DNA of 63,455 nt, the filler included. It is 5 parts of 5 records of this genome, joined end to end, with 100 filler letters (N's around TTAATTAATTAA, not from the genome) between each part and the next. Parts side by side here need not be neighbours in the genome. Positions count along the whole stretch, not along the records: positions 23,385 to 50,135 come from SRR20825006_2786; 4 more parts are not named here. The stretch is one strand, 5' to 3'. Within the stretch, counting starts at the first letter, position 1. Each line of letters opens with the position of its first letter. The position numbers and the translations under genes were made by a program. Below the pieces are notes generated by a model, which worked only from the letters and a program-made list of their open reading frames with translations, was not told where the DNA came from and ran no database searches. Below are positions 30,639 through 39,917 of this stretch, one piece after another.

Positions 30639-31009
30639 CCGCCCAAATCTGAATTTTACCTCGTCGCCCGACTTTGTGCACAGCAAAGGAACAAAACCAC
30701 TACCCGCTATGCTGTTCATCCTGCTTCCATGGGAAGAGAAGCCTTAGCAGGCTGCTGCCGTCAGTGCTTTCCTGCCGCAGCTCGCACCTTCGGCATCCAA
30801 AGAGTTTCTGCCGCTGCTTCTTGCCATTTCGATATCCCCCCGATCACTCAGACAACAACGTCACAGGCCGGCGACAAGATCATCAAAACAAAAAAAGCCA
30901 TTTCATCCGGAATTTCACGAAAGCCAGTGCAGATAACCGTCGGTTCCGCCGTTCCGGCTTGATGCGAGGGCCTCTTCTGCGTCGATATCTTTCCATGAGC
31001 CGCGCATGA

Positions 31010-31497
31010 TTTCCTCTCTGAGGGCATTTGCAACGGGGGGCGAACGCACATCCCTCCGGCAGATCGGTGAGCGGCGGCACTGAGCCCGGGATCGGGATCA
31101 GCCGCTCACCGCGCTTACGCCACGGGCCCGGTATCGAGTTGAGAAGCCCCTGCGTATAAGGATGGCGGGTATCCTTGAAGAGCGCATCCACACTCGCCTG
31201 CTCAACCACACCGCCCGCATACATCACCGCAACATCATCCGCCATTTCTACCACCACACCCATGTCGTGGGTGATAAACAGGATCGACATGCCGAGATCC
31301 TTCTGCAATTGCCGCATCAGGTCGAGGATCTATGCCTGAATGGTAACGTCGAGGGCTGTGGTCGGCTCTCATCGGCAATCAGAAGCGAAGGCTTGCAGAT
31401 CATCGCCATGGCGATCATCACACGTTGGCGCATACCGCCCGACAATTCGTGCGGATAGCTGTCCATCCGTTTTCCGGCTTCGGGAATGTCGACCCAT
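31010..31497 (-). pseudogene. Degraded oligopeptide ABC ATPase (oppD/dppD-like) fragment
   Basis: [24 protein letters not shown], then a 2-bp insertion (about 31366-31369), then [11 protein letters not shown], an in-frame TAG (31330-31332), then [34 protein letters not shown]. The N-terminal half is absent. Confidence 0.85.
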
Positions 31498-31829
31498 AGG
31501 AGACGTTTGCGGCAAGTCTCGCGGTTCTCCGGGTTCGGGCTTTCGACTACACCAACGCGGGAATATGGTCGCCGTCATCTCGAACGGGACAGCTTCAACG
31601 CGTCGGTTGGGACTAGTTTCAACTCAAAACCCCGGCTAACATGTGTATGACTTCCATCACGATAGCGGATCGAAGAACAGGACACGTCATAATACGCGAT
31701 ACTCCCTATAAGCCTGTGCGCGTCGGCACACCGATCCGTTTCCGGCATCGTCCAGAAGGCAAGGCAACCGCCCAAGCTGACGCCACGGTAAGGCACGTGA
31801 TCCTTTCGATATTGAAAAGATGAAGGCAT

Positions 31830-32939
31830 ATGATCCCTAGAATACCTGAAAAACTGCGGAAACCTGAGGATTTTGAAAACGGTATATGGCTGAAGGGCGA
31901 CTGGCACCTTCATTCCCGCCACAGCCATGATTCGACCAACAATCCGGTCGAAAAAATCATTGGTTTCGCGGAGCGGCTCGGGTTTGACTATCTCGTCGTG
32001 ACCGACCATGACGTTCATGTTTCAGGAGACGTTGCCGGACACACCTGGGCCGATCTCGCCTACAGGTCCGATAAATTGCTGTTGTTTTACGGTGCCGAAC
32101 TGACGGCCCCGCGCGGACACGTCAACATCCTGAGCTGCGAACCCTATGATCATCAGCAGGTCTTCGATCATCGCAATGACCGCGACTGGAACCTTCTGGC
32201 CCTGAAACAGAAGCTTGGTGTTCATTGGTCGGCCAATCACCCAAACACGCGCAATCACTACGGGTTTTCCTTTGATCTGGCCGATTCCATCGAAATATGG
32301 AACACAAGTGCCTGGGCGAAAAACACGGCAAATGTGCGCATTTGGGACGATATGCTGCTCTCCGGTCGCATGCTTGGTGCGCGAGGCGGTTCAGATGCGC
32401 ATCATGGTGTGCCCGACCGGCCGGAGTTGACAACGCCACACACTCCCGAAGCAACCGCGAACTATGTCGGCACCCCGACGACGTGGATTTTTGCCAGAGC
32501 ATACTCAAAGCCGGCAATACTCGAGGCTCTGGTCGGCGGCCGCGCCTCTGTCAGCGCCAGTCCATTCAATCCGCGGGTCGAACTTGTCGCCGACGCTGAC
32601 GGCGACGATAAGATGGAACTGATGATGGGCGATAACGCGAAAGCCACCGGCCAATCCGTGCACTTTACAGTCCGGCTTTCAGACGGTGGCATTCCCGGTG
32701 CCAGCTACACCGTGCGGATCATCAAGAACCGGGCTGAATTTTCAACGATCATCACCGATCCCCAAACCAGAACCGCGCACTTCAGGGATGCCCCGGCCGC
32801 GGATGAGCGAAGCTATTACCGCGTGGAGATTGAAGGCCCGCAGGCAGTCTATCCCGACATTCCCAACGCCATGGCACAATCAGAAAACAAGATCGCGCTC
32901 TCCAACCCGATCTATTTCAACTACGATCCGCAGTTTTAA
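31830..32939 (+). CDS. CehA/McbA-type PHP-domain metallohydrolase
   Basis: WLKGDWHLHSRHS, VTDH, GAE..GH, ANHP, IEIWN, GGSDAH, C-terminal YYRVE and ALSNPIY. Confidence 0.8.
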   Translation: MIPRIPEKLRKPEDFENGIWLKGDWHLHSRHSHDSTNNPVEKIIGFAERLGFDYLVVTDHDVHVSGDVAGHTWADLAYRSDKLLLFYGAELTAPRGHVNILSCEPYDHQQVFDHRNDRDWNLLALKQKLGVHWSANHPNTRNHYGFSFDLADSIEIWNTSAWAKNTANVRIWDDMLLSGRMLGARGGSDAHHGVPDRPELTTPHTPEATANYVGTPTTWIFARAYSKPAILEALVGGRASVSASPFNPRVELVADADGDDKMELMMGDNAKATGQSVHFTVRLSDGGIPGASYTVRIIKNRAEFSTIITDPQTRTAHFRDAPAADERSYYRVEIEGPQAVYPDIPNAMAQSENKIALSNPIYFNYDPQF

Positions 32940-32972
32940 AGCGGTTCAGGCCCGGCGGTCGCAATGCGACAT

Positions 32973-34061
32973 TTACCTGCTCGCCGAAGGCGTTTCGGCG
33001 AGCGCGTCAACCAGCATCAGCATGGTCAGAGCCTGCCCGTATGGAGCCGGAATGTCGGGAATTTCAAGATAGAAATCAAGCGTATGCCCCATCGGCGTTC
33101 CATCGGAAACATGGGTGACAATGCCGTCATCGCCAATACAGGTTAAAACGGCGGAAAAAGCCTGGCCAGCCACGCGGGCGAAGCGTTCCGGCAAGATGCC
33201 AAGTGTGATCCCGCGACGGATGCCATAAGCAATGCCCGCCGTTGCCGAAGCTTCGATTTGCGCTTCCGGATGATCCAGCAATGTGCGGAAGAAGCCATCA
33301 TCATCCTGCAGCTTTTCAAGCGCTGTGACCTGCGCCAGAAGCACGTTGGAAAGATAGCGATGGGTGGAAAGGGGCAGATCGCCGACGATTGAAAACAGTT
33401 CGGGAATGGCTATGGTGATCCATGAATTGCCGCGCGCCCAAAACGCGTTTGCAAAATTATGGCGGCCATTGAATGTCCAGCCATGATACCAGAGCCCCGT
33501 TTTCGGATCTGAAAGATAACGGGCGTGAAGCATGAACTGGTAGACAGCCTCTTCCACCCAGTCGGGACGGTCGAACCGCTTGCCTGCCTGCGCCAGAAAA
33601 AGGCAGGTCATGAACAACGTATCATCCCACAATTCGCCATCATTCATGCGTTCCTTGACGACATGCTGAAAGCCGTTGTCTTGCGTGCGGGCAAGCTTTG
33701 TCATCAGCCAGTCGGCCCAGTCTTTCACCAGTTCTTCCCATTCCGGCTTATCGACATCGTCAATCAGAAGCGAAAGCGCCAGCATGGGCGATGATGAATT
33801 GACCTGGCGCGGCGGCAGACCCCGCCCGATCTGCCATTCATACCAGTCAGCCAGAGCCTTGATCAGAGCCTTGTCATCGGTCTGGCGGGCATGGCGATAA
33901 AGGCCGTAGACACCGACACCGATTTCCCAGTCCCATTCATCAAACTGCAGGGAGAAGGCCCCGCCCTCAACCGGTGCGGTTTCATAAATATTTTTAAGCT
34001 GCGCCAGACCTGTCGCTACATTGGTAAGGTGGCTTAAAAGTTCCTGTCGTGTCTGTTGCAT
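32973..34061 (-). CDS. Glycoside hydrolase family 105 (unsaturated uronyl/rhamnogalacturonyl hydrolase)
   Basis: WDWEIGVG, LWDDTLFM, GLWYHGW, FWARGNSW, EASATA, PYGQ. ATG 34061 follows GAGA. Confidence 0.9.
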   Translation of the reverse strand: MQQTRQELLSHLTNVATGLAQLKNIYETAPVEGGAFSLQFDEWDWEIGVGVYGLYRHARQTDDKALIKALADWYEWQIGRGLPPRQVNSSSPMLALSLLIDDVDKPEWEELVKDWADWLMTKLARTQDNGFQHVVKERMNDGELWDDTLFMTCLFLAQAGKRFDRPDWVEEAVYQFMLHARYLSDPKTGLWYHGWTFNGRHNFANAFWARGNSWITIAIPELFSIVGDLPLSTHRYLSNVLLAQVTALEKLQDDDGFFRTLLDHPEAQIEASATAGIAYGIRRGITLGILPERFARVAGQAFSAVLTCIGDDGIVTHVSDGTPMGHTLDFYLEIPDIPAPYGQALTMLMLVDALAETPSASR

Positions 34062-34074
34062 GGTGTTCTCGTCT

Positions 34075-36570
34075 TTACAGTCTTGTCGGGACAGTCGCGG
34101 CTTCACGCCTGGCGATGTCAGGATGTTGTGAATCCGTTGGAAAGGGGCAATGTTGGTTATCGACAAAAAGCCCTCTCTCATAATCCAGGAAAAGCGATGG
34201 TTTTCCGGGCCGCTCAAAGCGAAGACCGAACGGCTCATCGCATAAGGCGAGGTCGCCTGCCCCGGCCATTTTGACGATTCCGCTCAACCCTCCCTGCGGA
34301 AGATCACCTACAACAATGGCCCAGCCGCTGCGCTTTTTTTCGACGCGGCATTCGATACCCGCTCCCGGACCCTCTTTGACCGCAACAAGGGGGCCGGTGG
34401 CTTTTGCCATCACAAAACCGCCACCCGAGCGCAGAACCAGCCAGTCGGGTCCAAGAATATGTTCGTCAAAGGCGTCAAACGGAGCGTAGGCATGGGTAAA
34501 GGGCAAACGCGGATCGTCTCCCAGATCGCTCAGGATGAGACAGCAATTTTCATGAAAACCAACCCGCGGCATGATGCCGTTTCCAGCCCAGTAGGAGGGC
34601 CGGTCTGAGCCCCATGGATCATCAGCGCCCGGGTGATTGACCCAGAAACGCGCCATCGGGTGACCGGCTGCCTGCACATCCACCAGGTGTTGCTGGTGCC
34701 CCCTTTTACCTGGCATCGCATCAATGCTGGCGGAGAGCTGCATCGTCGCGGTTTTATAAAGCGCAAGCCGGGTGGCCTGTCCAAACCCTTGAACATAGCG
34801 GGCTTCAATGGCTTCACCGGCGGGTGGAACGACAAGGCTTTCAAGCCCCTGTGGCGAGATATAATCGCCAGCGCAAAACATCGGCAGGGCGGCAACGCCA
34901 CGGTTCAGCCATCCTGTTCCAAAGGCAATCGTTGCGAACGGCGCAAGTTCGCTCAGCGGCCCGGCCCGCAATTCCTTGTCATAGGCGCGGCCCATCGTAC
35001 CGGCAGAAACACCGTTGATCGTATGCAGCGCTATCATCGTGAAAAGGCTGTCGAGGATACCTTCGGCGCGCTGTTTGAGACCTTCACCTGCAAAGCGCTG
35101 CAATGCGAGAAGGCCGATAAAGTCAATCGGGTAATAGGCCGCCGAATTCCATTCAGCCAGCCCGTCTTCTTCAATTGCATCAAACCAGCGGCCAAGGCGT
35201 TTTTCCGCGAGGGCTTCGTGTTCATGCCCGGTCAGGCCAGCATTCGGAAATACGGCGTCCGGGAACAGGCGCCCCGCGATCAGCTCGCTGACATGAAAGC
35301 AGAGTACATGGTTCTCGCTCCAGAACCACATGGCGTCATTGCCGGGCTCATCCATCCAATAGCGGTAGTTGAGCACGGCTTCTTTGATGCGCGCACGAAA
35401 GGTTTCCGGCAGTTTATCGCCATAGGCTCCGCAAACCCAAAGCAGTGGCACCATGACGAAATCCGAGCAATCGCGGCGACTGTTGATACCGGAAAGCGTG
35501 TCTTCAAGCGCTGCAAATTCAGGTTCACCCAGGGGTAAATCTGCGGCAAGGCGCGCCAACACGCGTCCCATACGTTGTTCACCATGTTCTGCCAGATAGG
35601 CAAGCCCCGACTTTTTGCGCGCGGCAAGGTCGCCCTCAAGCTCAAGCGGAGTTGTTTGGCGCAACAGCGCAAAACCGATCTCGCGCCTGATCCGGCTCTC
35701 ACCAATCGAAAAGGTGATTTCAAGCGTGTGATAGCCATCCGGCAAGGTGCCCAGTCCAGCAAAAGCGAGGCGCGCCGAACCGGCGGCCAAAGTCAACGTT
35801 TCCTCAAACAATGGCGGCAAATGGCTCATGTGAACACTTTGGTGAACGGCGGCCTTGATCGTCACATCGGGTGCGGCAGGCCTGTCGAACACCAGTTCCA
35901 GCGCGTCGTCCTTTTCAAAAGCAACTTTTGCCGGCCGGACAGCGCGGGCAAGGTCCATCAGCGTGTCCAGCGTTTTGCCGTCGGACCTGCCGGGAATGAG
36001 AGCTGCAAGCGGTCGCGTGCCCAACCAGGTGAGTTCTACGAAATAATTGGTGTCGCGCTCCGCCATCTCCTCAACCAGCATCACCAGATCAGACCCGTCT
36101 TCGGACAGAGGCAGCGTAATTTCGGTCTCCTGCGCCGAGTTGCGCGTATAGGGCTCAAACGCGGTGATCAGTTCGCCATCAACCCAGATGTGAACACCGC
36201 CGCAGGTGGAAAGACGGAAGGGACTGGTCCCCCCGGCAGACGGAACGAGCCGGGTTTTGACCCAGCGCGAAAGTCGCGTCGGCCTGTGCCAGAATCCGGA
36301 AAACTCCAGCCGGCGGTTAAAACCCGGAAGATTTGTTGAGACGATTTCAAAGTCGTCCTTCAGCGTCACCGTTCGCTTCGCAATGTCAGCCCGCAAGGCT
36401 GTGCGGCATGGCAGTTCGCCAACATCGACAAAACCGTTGATGAACTTGTAGTCAACATTGTCCCTGCCGCGTGTCACCGCCCCTGGATAATACCGTTGCT
36501 CAAGTGGACCTAGCGCAAAGGCCGTCACCGTTTCGCCGGGTCGGGTGATGAAACGTGCCTGTTCAGCCAA
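34075..36570 (-). CDS. Conserved-looking hypothetical protein (~830 aa), possible polysaccharide lyase-like enzyme
   Basis: Long ORF in operon position. Probable TTG start at 36570 after AAGGAG, overlapping the HAD stop. Motifs RRDCSDF, YRYWMDEPGNDAMWFWSENH, EWNSAAYYPID, RPSYWAGNG. Confidence 0.8.
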   Translation of the reverse strand: MAEQARFITRPGETVTAFALGPLEQRYYPGAVTRGRDNVDYKFINGFVDVGELPCRTALRADIAKRTVTLKDDFEIVSTNLPGFNRRLEFSGFWHRPTRLSRWVKTRLVPSAGGTSPFRLSTCGGVHIWVDGELITAFEPYTRNSAQETEITLPLSEDGSDLVMLVEEMAERDTNYFVELTWLGTRPLAALIPGRSDGKTLDTLMDLARAVRPAKVAFEKDDALELVFDRPAAPDVTIKAAVHQSVHMSHLPPLFEETLTLAAGSARLAFAGLGTLPDGYHTLEITFSIGESRIRREIGFALLRQTTPLELEGDLAARKKSGLAYLAEHGEQRMGRVLARLAADLPLGEPEFAALEDTLSGINSRRDCSDFVMVPLLWVCGAYGDKLPETFRARIKEAVLNYRYWMDEPGNDAMWFWSENHVLCFHVSELIAGRLFPDAVFPNAGLTGHEHEALAEKRLGRWFDAIEEDGLAEWNSAAYYPIDFIGLLALQRFAGEGLKQRAEGILDSLFTMIALHTINGVSAGTMGRAYDKELRAGPLSELAPFATIAFGTGWLNRGVAALPMFCAGDYISPQGLESLVVPPAGEAIEARYVQGFGQATRLALYKTATMQLSASIDAMPGKRGHQQHLVDVQAAGHPMARFWVNHPGADDPWGSDRPSYWAGNGIMPRVGFHENCCLILSDLGDDPRLPFTHAYAPFDAFDEHILGPDWLVLRSGGGFVMAKATGPLVAVKEGPGAGIECRVEKKRSGWAIVVGDLPQGGLSGIVKMAGAGDLALCDEPFGLRFERPGKPSLFLDYERGLFVDNQHCPFPTDSQHPDIARREAATVPTRL

Positions 36571-37831
36571 AAGCGGTCTCCTTTGCCGGTAAGCCAAGCT
36601 CGATCGCTTCAATCGTGGCAACCAACTGATCAAGTCTATCGATAGAGAAATCCGGCACTTCGCTCTGATCTGCCGGTTCGTGGGTGCGGCGTTTCGACCA
36701 GCCGACAAAAAGGCTTATCAGCCCAAAAGCGTTCGCGCCCTTGATGTCGCGGGAGAGGTTATTGCCAACCATGACGACATGCTGACGGGCCTCATCGCCA
36801 AGTTCCAGCCCCTCCATTGCCGCAGCAAACATCGTCTGCGACGGTTTGCATGCGCCAACATCGCCGGAAATGACCTGAGCATCCATCAAAGACCATATGT
36901 TGCGCGGCTTGAGCAGGTTTTCAAACGTTTCACGCGGGCCATCGGCCACCAGTGCAAGCCGGTAGCCAGCGCCATGCAGGGCGCGTACGGCATCCATCGC
37001 GAAGGGTATTTCGCACGCTTTGGAGACAATATCGGTGCCCTCGATTTTTTCTTCAGTCGCCTCGTCAATCAGCGTGTCGCCGCAATCTAGAAAAATAGCT
37101 TTCAGATGCGGGACTTGTTGCCCAAGATTTGCGATCAGAGCATTCATCCGCTTTGGGATCCACGCTTCCAGTAGCGACCACGGAGCCAGCGTCGGCGCGC
37201 GTTGCTCATCCTGACGAACAAAATCAAAACTGGGGCTGAAGGCTGCACGCTTCATCGCCAGTCGCGCCAGCCGGTGATCGGCGGTCGAGGCTGAATAGGC
37301 CCCGCCTTCGGCGAAGCGATTGCCGAGGTGAATTCCCTGCGAGCCGGCATCGACCCCGCATTTTTGCGCGATCATCGTGCCCGCAATAAACGGCATGATG
37401 CGGGCCACCGCCCAGAGCGCGTGCTTGCCCGGTTCAACAGACAGAACGGGGCGTTCACCGTCCATCTCCGGCAGGCCGCTGCCAGCATCCATCGACACCC
37501 GCACCCCATGCATGGAGCCTTCAACGCGGAACACTGTGCCGTCTGCATCCAGATGCACCCAGACATGTTCAAGGTCGTAAAGATGTTCGATGTCCCAGTC
37601 GTGCCAGATGGCATATTCAATCACCAGTCCGCCGGACGGTGGCCTGATCATGAACTTCGAGGATGGCGACGGGCCCTCGTTCCGTATCACGCTGAAGCCG
37701 ATAGCAAGCGGCGGCGCTGGCTCCAGTCTGTCCAGCATCAGCACCGGGGCGTGTTTTTGTGCCAGCACGCTATCAGCATCTGCCGTTTCAGCCACTGGCG
37801 GTGCGGGATCGGCAACCGTTGGCAGCATCAT
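36563..37831 (-). CDS. HAD-family hydrolase fused to an uncharacterised N-terminal domain
   Basis: C-terminal HAD motifs FLDCGDTLIDE, KPS, MVGNNLSRDIKGAN. The N-terminal ~240 aa carry HDWDIEHLYDLEHVWV and EPGKHA. Confidence 0.82.
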   Translation of the reverse strand: MMLPTVADPAPPVAETADADSVLAQKHAPVLMLDRLEPAPPLAIGFSVIRNEGPSPSSKFMIRPPSGGLVIEYAIWHDWDIEHLYDLEHVWVHLDADGTVFRVEGSMHGVRVSMDAGSGLPEMDGERPVLSVEPGKHALWAVARIMPFIAGTMIAQKCGVDAGSQGIHLGNRFAEGGAYSASTADHRLARLAMKRAAFSPSFDFVRQDEQRAPTLAPWSLLEAWIPKRMNALIANLGQQVPHLKAIFLDCGDTLIDEATEEKIEGTDIVSKACEIPFAMDAVRALHGAGYRLALVADGPRETFENLLKPRNIWSLMDAQVISGDVGACKPSQTMFAAAMEGLELGDEARQHVVMVGNNLSRDIKGANAFGLISLFVGWSKRRTHEPADQSEVPDFSIDRLDQLVATIEAIELGLPAKETAFG

Positions 37832-38871
37832 GCCCCCACCCCCTGAAGGGTAAGCGTTTCAGCATGGTGACAGCGCACCTTGCGGCCTTCGATCTCGCGG
37901 AACGCAGGCGCTTCGGCCGCACAAAGCTCTGTGGCATAAGGGCAGCGGGGATGAAAGGCGCATCCGGACGGTGGATTGGAAGCATCGGGCACCTCACCTT
38001 TCAGTGCGCCGCGCTTCTCCTTGGTGCGCTTACGCGGATCTGGCTGCGGCACGGCATTCAGCAATGCCTCGGTATAAGGGTGCATCGGCTGCGTAAACAT
38101 CGCATCGGTATCACCCATCTCAACGATCCGGCCGAGATACATCACTGCTATCCGGTCAGAGATATGCTCCACCATGCCCAGATCATGCGTAATGAACAGA
38201 TAGGTCAGGTTGAACTGTTCCTGGAGATCCTGCAGCAAATTAATATTTTGAGCGGCCACCGACACATCAAGCGCAGACACCGCTTCATCAGCAGCAATAA
38301 AAGCCGGTGAAAGCGCCAGCGCCCGGGCAATACAGATCCTCTGCCGCTGGCCGCCGGAAAAGGCATGCGGATAACGCGCGGCATATTCCGGACGAAGGCC
38401 AACGCAGGACAAAAGCTCTCCGACACGTTTGGCAATGTCATCTTTTGAGTAACCGTGCACCAGCATCGGCTCTCCGATAAGCTCAAGAAGCGTCATACGG
38501 GGGTTCAGCGAGGAGTATGGATCTTGAAAGATCATTTGCATTTCGCGGCGGAGCGGTCTCAATTCCTTGTCGCGCATATGCGAAATATCAGTGACGCTGT
38601 CATTCAGTTGACGGAACAGAACCTGCCCGCTGGTCAAGCCATAGGCACGCATGATGAGCCGTGCGACCGTTGATTTACCCGAGCCGCTTTCACCGACAAG
38701 GCCGAATGTTTCGCCCTTCTTGATGTCAAAGCTCACATCTTCAACAGCACGGAGAACCTTCAGTTCCTTGCCCTTGTGTCCGCCCTTGACGAAGAAGTGC
38801 TTCGTCAGATCGCGGACGGAAATCAGAACATCGTCCGGCATTGCCGGAGATGGTGTTTTCTCGATGCTCAT
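37828..38871 (-). CDS. Oligopeptide-type ABC ATP-binding protein (OppF-like)
   Basis: GESGSGKST, FQDPYSSLNPR, FSGGQRQR, HPYTEALL, GCAFHPRC. Confidence 0.93.
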   Translation of the reverse strand: MSIEKTPSPAMPDDVLISVRDLTKHFFVKGGHKGKELKVLRAVEDVSFDIKKGETFGLVGESGSGKSTVARLIMRAYGLTSGQVLFRQLNDSVTDISHMRDKELRPLRREMQMIFQDPYSSLNPRMTLLELIGEPMLVHGYSKDDIAKRVGELLSCVGLRPEYAARYPHAFSGGQRQRICIARALALSPAFIAADEAVSALDVSVAAQNINLLQDLQEQFNLTYLFITHDLGMVEHISDRIAVMYLGRIVEMGDTDAMFTQPMHPYTEALLNAVPQPDPRKRTKEKRGALKGEVPDASNPPSGCAFHPRCPYATELCAAEAPAFREIEGRKVRCHHAETLTLQGVGA

Positions 38872-39908
38872 CACAGAACCTCCGGCAGTTTGCCAACATA
38901 GTGGCAGAGTGCTTCCTGGCCGTTGGCAACCGCCACGCGTGGCGGTGGCTTCTGCGAGCAGAGGTGCCCATCGGCATAATCGCACCGCGTGTGAAACACA
39001 CAGCCGGACGGTATATTGTAGGGATCAGGCACCGAACCACGGATCGTCTTCAGCCGCCGCTGGCGCTGTTGACCAAGGCGCGGTATCGATTGCAGCAGGG
39101 CGCGTGTATAGGGGTGCTGCGGATTATAGAAAATGTCATCAACATCGCCGGTTTCAACAACACGGCCCAGATACATCACAGCCACCCGATCCGCGATATC
39201 CGCCACCACACCAAAATTATGTGTGATGAAAATAATGGCCATGCCAAGCTCTTCCTGAAGCGACTTCAAAAGCTCCAGGATCTGCGCTTCGGTGGTTACA
39301 TCAAGAGCGGTGGTCGGCTCATCGGCAATCAGAAGCGAAGGATCACAGGCAAGTGCCAGAGCGATCATGGCGCGCTGACGCATGCCGCCGGAAAGCTGAT
39401 GCGGATAACGGTCCAGCATCCGTTCGGGATGCGGCAATTGCACACGTGTCAGAAGGCTCACCGCCCGCGCACGCGCCTCTTCCTTGCTGACCTTGCGGTG
39501 AAGCATCACTGTCCGCATGATCTGCATACCGATGGAATGCACCGGCGACAGTGCCGTCATCGGCTCCTGAAACACCATGCCAATACGTCCGCCACGCAAC
39601 TTTCGCATCAGCCTGCTGTCGCGGGAAAGCCCGTTCAGGAAATACTCCTCGTCGCCGTCCGGGTTGAAACGGATCGTGCCGTCGCCTTCCTCAGCATTCC
39701 TGGCCAGAAGCCGCATAATAGCGCGAACGGTCACGGACTTGCCTGAGCCACTCTCACCGACAATGCCAAGAACCTCACCGCGGTTAACGTGGTAGTCAAC
39801 ACCGTTGACGGCTGTGACACGTCCGTCGCGGGTCTTGAAGGAGACCTCGACATTGTTCAGTTGCAAGAGCCGTTCAGCCGGCATTTTCTCTTGTGTTTTT
39901 TCAGACAT
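38871..39908 (-). CDS. Oligopeptide-type ABC ATP-binding protein (OppD-like)
   Basis: [41 protein letters not shown]. Confidence 0.93.
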   Translation of the reverse strand: MSEKTQEKMPAERLLQLNNVEVSFKTRDGRVTAVNGVDYHVNRGEVLGIVGESGSGKSVTVRAIMRLLARNAEEGDGTIRFNPDGDEEYFLNGLSRDSRLMRKLRGGRIGMVFQEPMTALSPVHSIGMQIMRTVMLHRKVSKEEARARAVSLLTRVQLPHPERMLDRYPHQLSGGMRQRAMIALALACDPSLLIADEPTTALDVTTEAQILELLKSLQEELGMAIIFITHNFGVVADIADRVAVMYLGRVVETGDVDDIFYNPQHPYTRALLQSIPRLGQQRQRRLKTIRGSVPDPYNIPSGCVFHTRCDYADGHLCSQKPPPRVAVANGQEALCHYVGKLPEVL

Positions 39909-39917
39909 GGGTCAAAC

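Noticed and set aside
30880-31010. Short minus-strand reading frame MRGSWKDIDAEEA after an RBS-like GAGG
   Set aside because: It may be a gene remnant, but it ends quickly and no family could be recognised.
31355-31391. ~30-bp near-identity with 39310-39341, suggesting a local duplication
   Set aside because: It covers the highly conserved SLLIADEPT motif of two OppD paralogues, and the flanks diverge.
31641-31823. 60-aa ORF just upstream of the metallohydrolase
   Set aside because: No clear RBS or recognisable motif. It may be a fragment of the decayed region.
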